From: Malacoraja senta
Taxonomy: Eukaryota
Assembly (NCBI GenBank): GCA_038087875.1
Contig: CM075999.1
Span: forward strand, 932,001 to 996,000
Length of the DNA stretch: 64,000 nucleotides
Direction of reading: 5' to 3'
Shown here in pieces: positions 62,909 through 64,000 of this stretch. The notes beneath the pieces are model-generated. The model was not told the origin of the DNA. It was given only the letters and a program-made list of their open reading frames with translations, and ran no database searches. Both the position numbers and the translations under genes were made by a program. The first letter of the stretch is position 1. Each line of letters opens with the position of its first letter.

Positions 62909-64000
62909 GACTTCCGGTGGCGCTATGGAGGCTTGAGTCCAGCGCCAACTAGCTCCGTGCCGAAGAAAATTAAAAACGGGAGAAATCGGGTCTTACCTGC
63001 AGCGATCTCGATCTGAACGGCTGCCTGCGGGACGTCAACAAGCGCGCTACTTTACGGTATGTCACTACAACGTACCCCCACCCGTGTGACACAAAAAAAA
63101 GCCGCTAAAGGTAGAACGCAGATGGAAGAGGAAGGCCCTACAGAGGCCTCGGCCTCAGTTACAAAGACGCCCCAGGAAACCCAGGAAACCCAGGAAGACC
63201 CTCCGAAGAAAATGACAAAACAGAAAAAGTCGGAAATGGAGGACCTTAAAGCCTTTCTCGCTGCCGAAATGAGAATCTTTGGAGAGCAACTCGACTCTTT
63301 TAAGGTAGATTTTAAAACAGAAATGCATTCTACCGTTCAACAAATGCTGGAAATCTGGAAGAGGACGAGGGAGGAAGAGGTCAAGGATCAGATGGAAGTG
63401 CTGGAAGCCAGGCTCGATTCGGTGGAAACGAAGGTTAAAACGGAGCTGGACCCCATCCATCACATACTTGATCAACATAGAACAGCGATAACCGAACTTG
63501 AAAAATGTGCGGCGACAAGCGAGGAAACTGTAAGTCGACTTCTTACTGAAAATCAACGCCTTACAGATATGGTGATCAAATTAAGTGATAAATGTATCGA
63601 TTTGGAGGGACGGCAAAGACGTAAAAATTTAAGAATTGTAGGGGTGAAAGAAGGAAGTGAGAGGGAAATGGGCACTCGGGATTTCGTGGCAAATCTATTA
63701 CAAAAAGCCTTAAAATTGGATTACAAACCCTCACTCGGTCGAGCTCATAGAGCGCAGCGACGACGTACTCAAGACGATGCCCATCCAAGACAAATTATTG
63801 TAAAGGTGCAAATGGATCAAGAATTCGACGATATAATGAAGAAAACTGTTCAAGGCGGACAACTCCATTTTGAAGGTGTGAGATTCAGTATCTACCGAGA
63901 TTATCCGGCAGAAGTCTTCAAGAAAAGAGCGCTGTTCATTGAGACAAAAAGAATACTGAAGAATGTACCGGATTTGAGATACGGCTTGCTTTATCCCGCA
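62909..64000 (+). mobile_element. L1 5' end: short 5' UTR + ORF1 (ATG 63059, open to the window end)
   Basis: gacttccggtggcg start, then an ORF with a coiled coil, LEGRQRRKNLRIVGVKEG, RAHR and YRDYPAEV motifs of L1 ORF1p. Confidence 0.88.

Overview
Repeat-dense vertebrate genomic DNA. The repeat complement (HE1-type V-SINEs, CR1, Penelope, Rex1/Babar, AT-rich L1) points to a cartilaginous fish, probably a skate or ray (inference). The only intact host genes I can support are two tandem, intronless actin-like genes of the ACTL7A/ACTL9 testis-type family (448-1713 and 4587-5822). The most unusual object is a ~10.6 kb defective class I (gamma/epsilon-like) endogenous retrovirus at 12958-23544, with two LTRs, a CTAC target-site duplication, a tRNA-Ser-like PBS and gag/pol/env remnants. 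Its env interior is replaced by a cassette of intronless, sense-oriented fragments of four host mRNAs: BICD2-like, CRACR2A/B-like, ZNF276 and a THBS1/2-type thrombospondin. The ZNF276 piece is circularly permuted and inserted into the CRACR2 fragment at a shared AGAAAGAAC microhomology. The rest of the window is nested transposons: a young Gypsy element inside an L1 and itself hit by another L1, a Hero-type RLE retrotransposon inside a CR1, Penelope copies with hammerhead-like cores, Harbinger-type MITEs and the 5' end of an L1 with an open ORF1. All homology calls come from my recollection of protein and repeat sequences, not from database searches, and repeat boundaries without a TSD are approximate.
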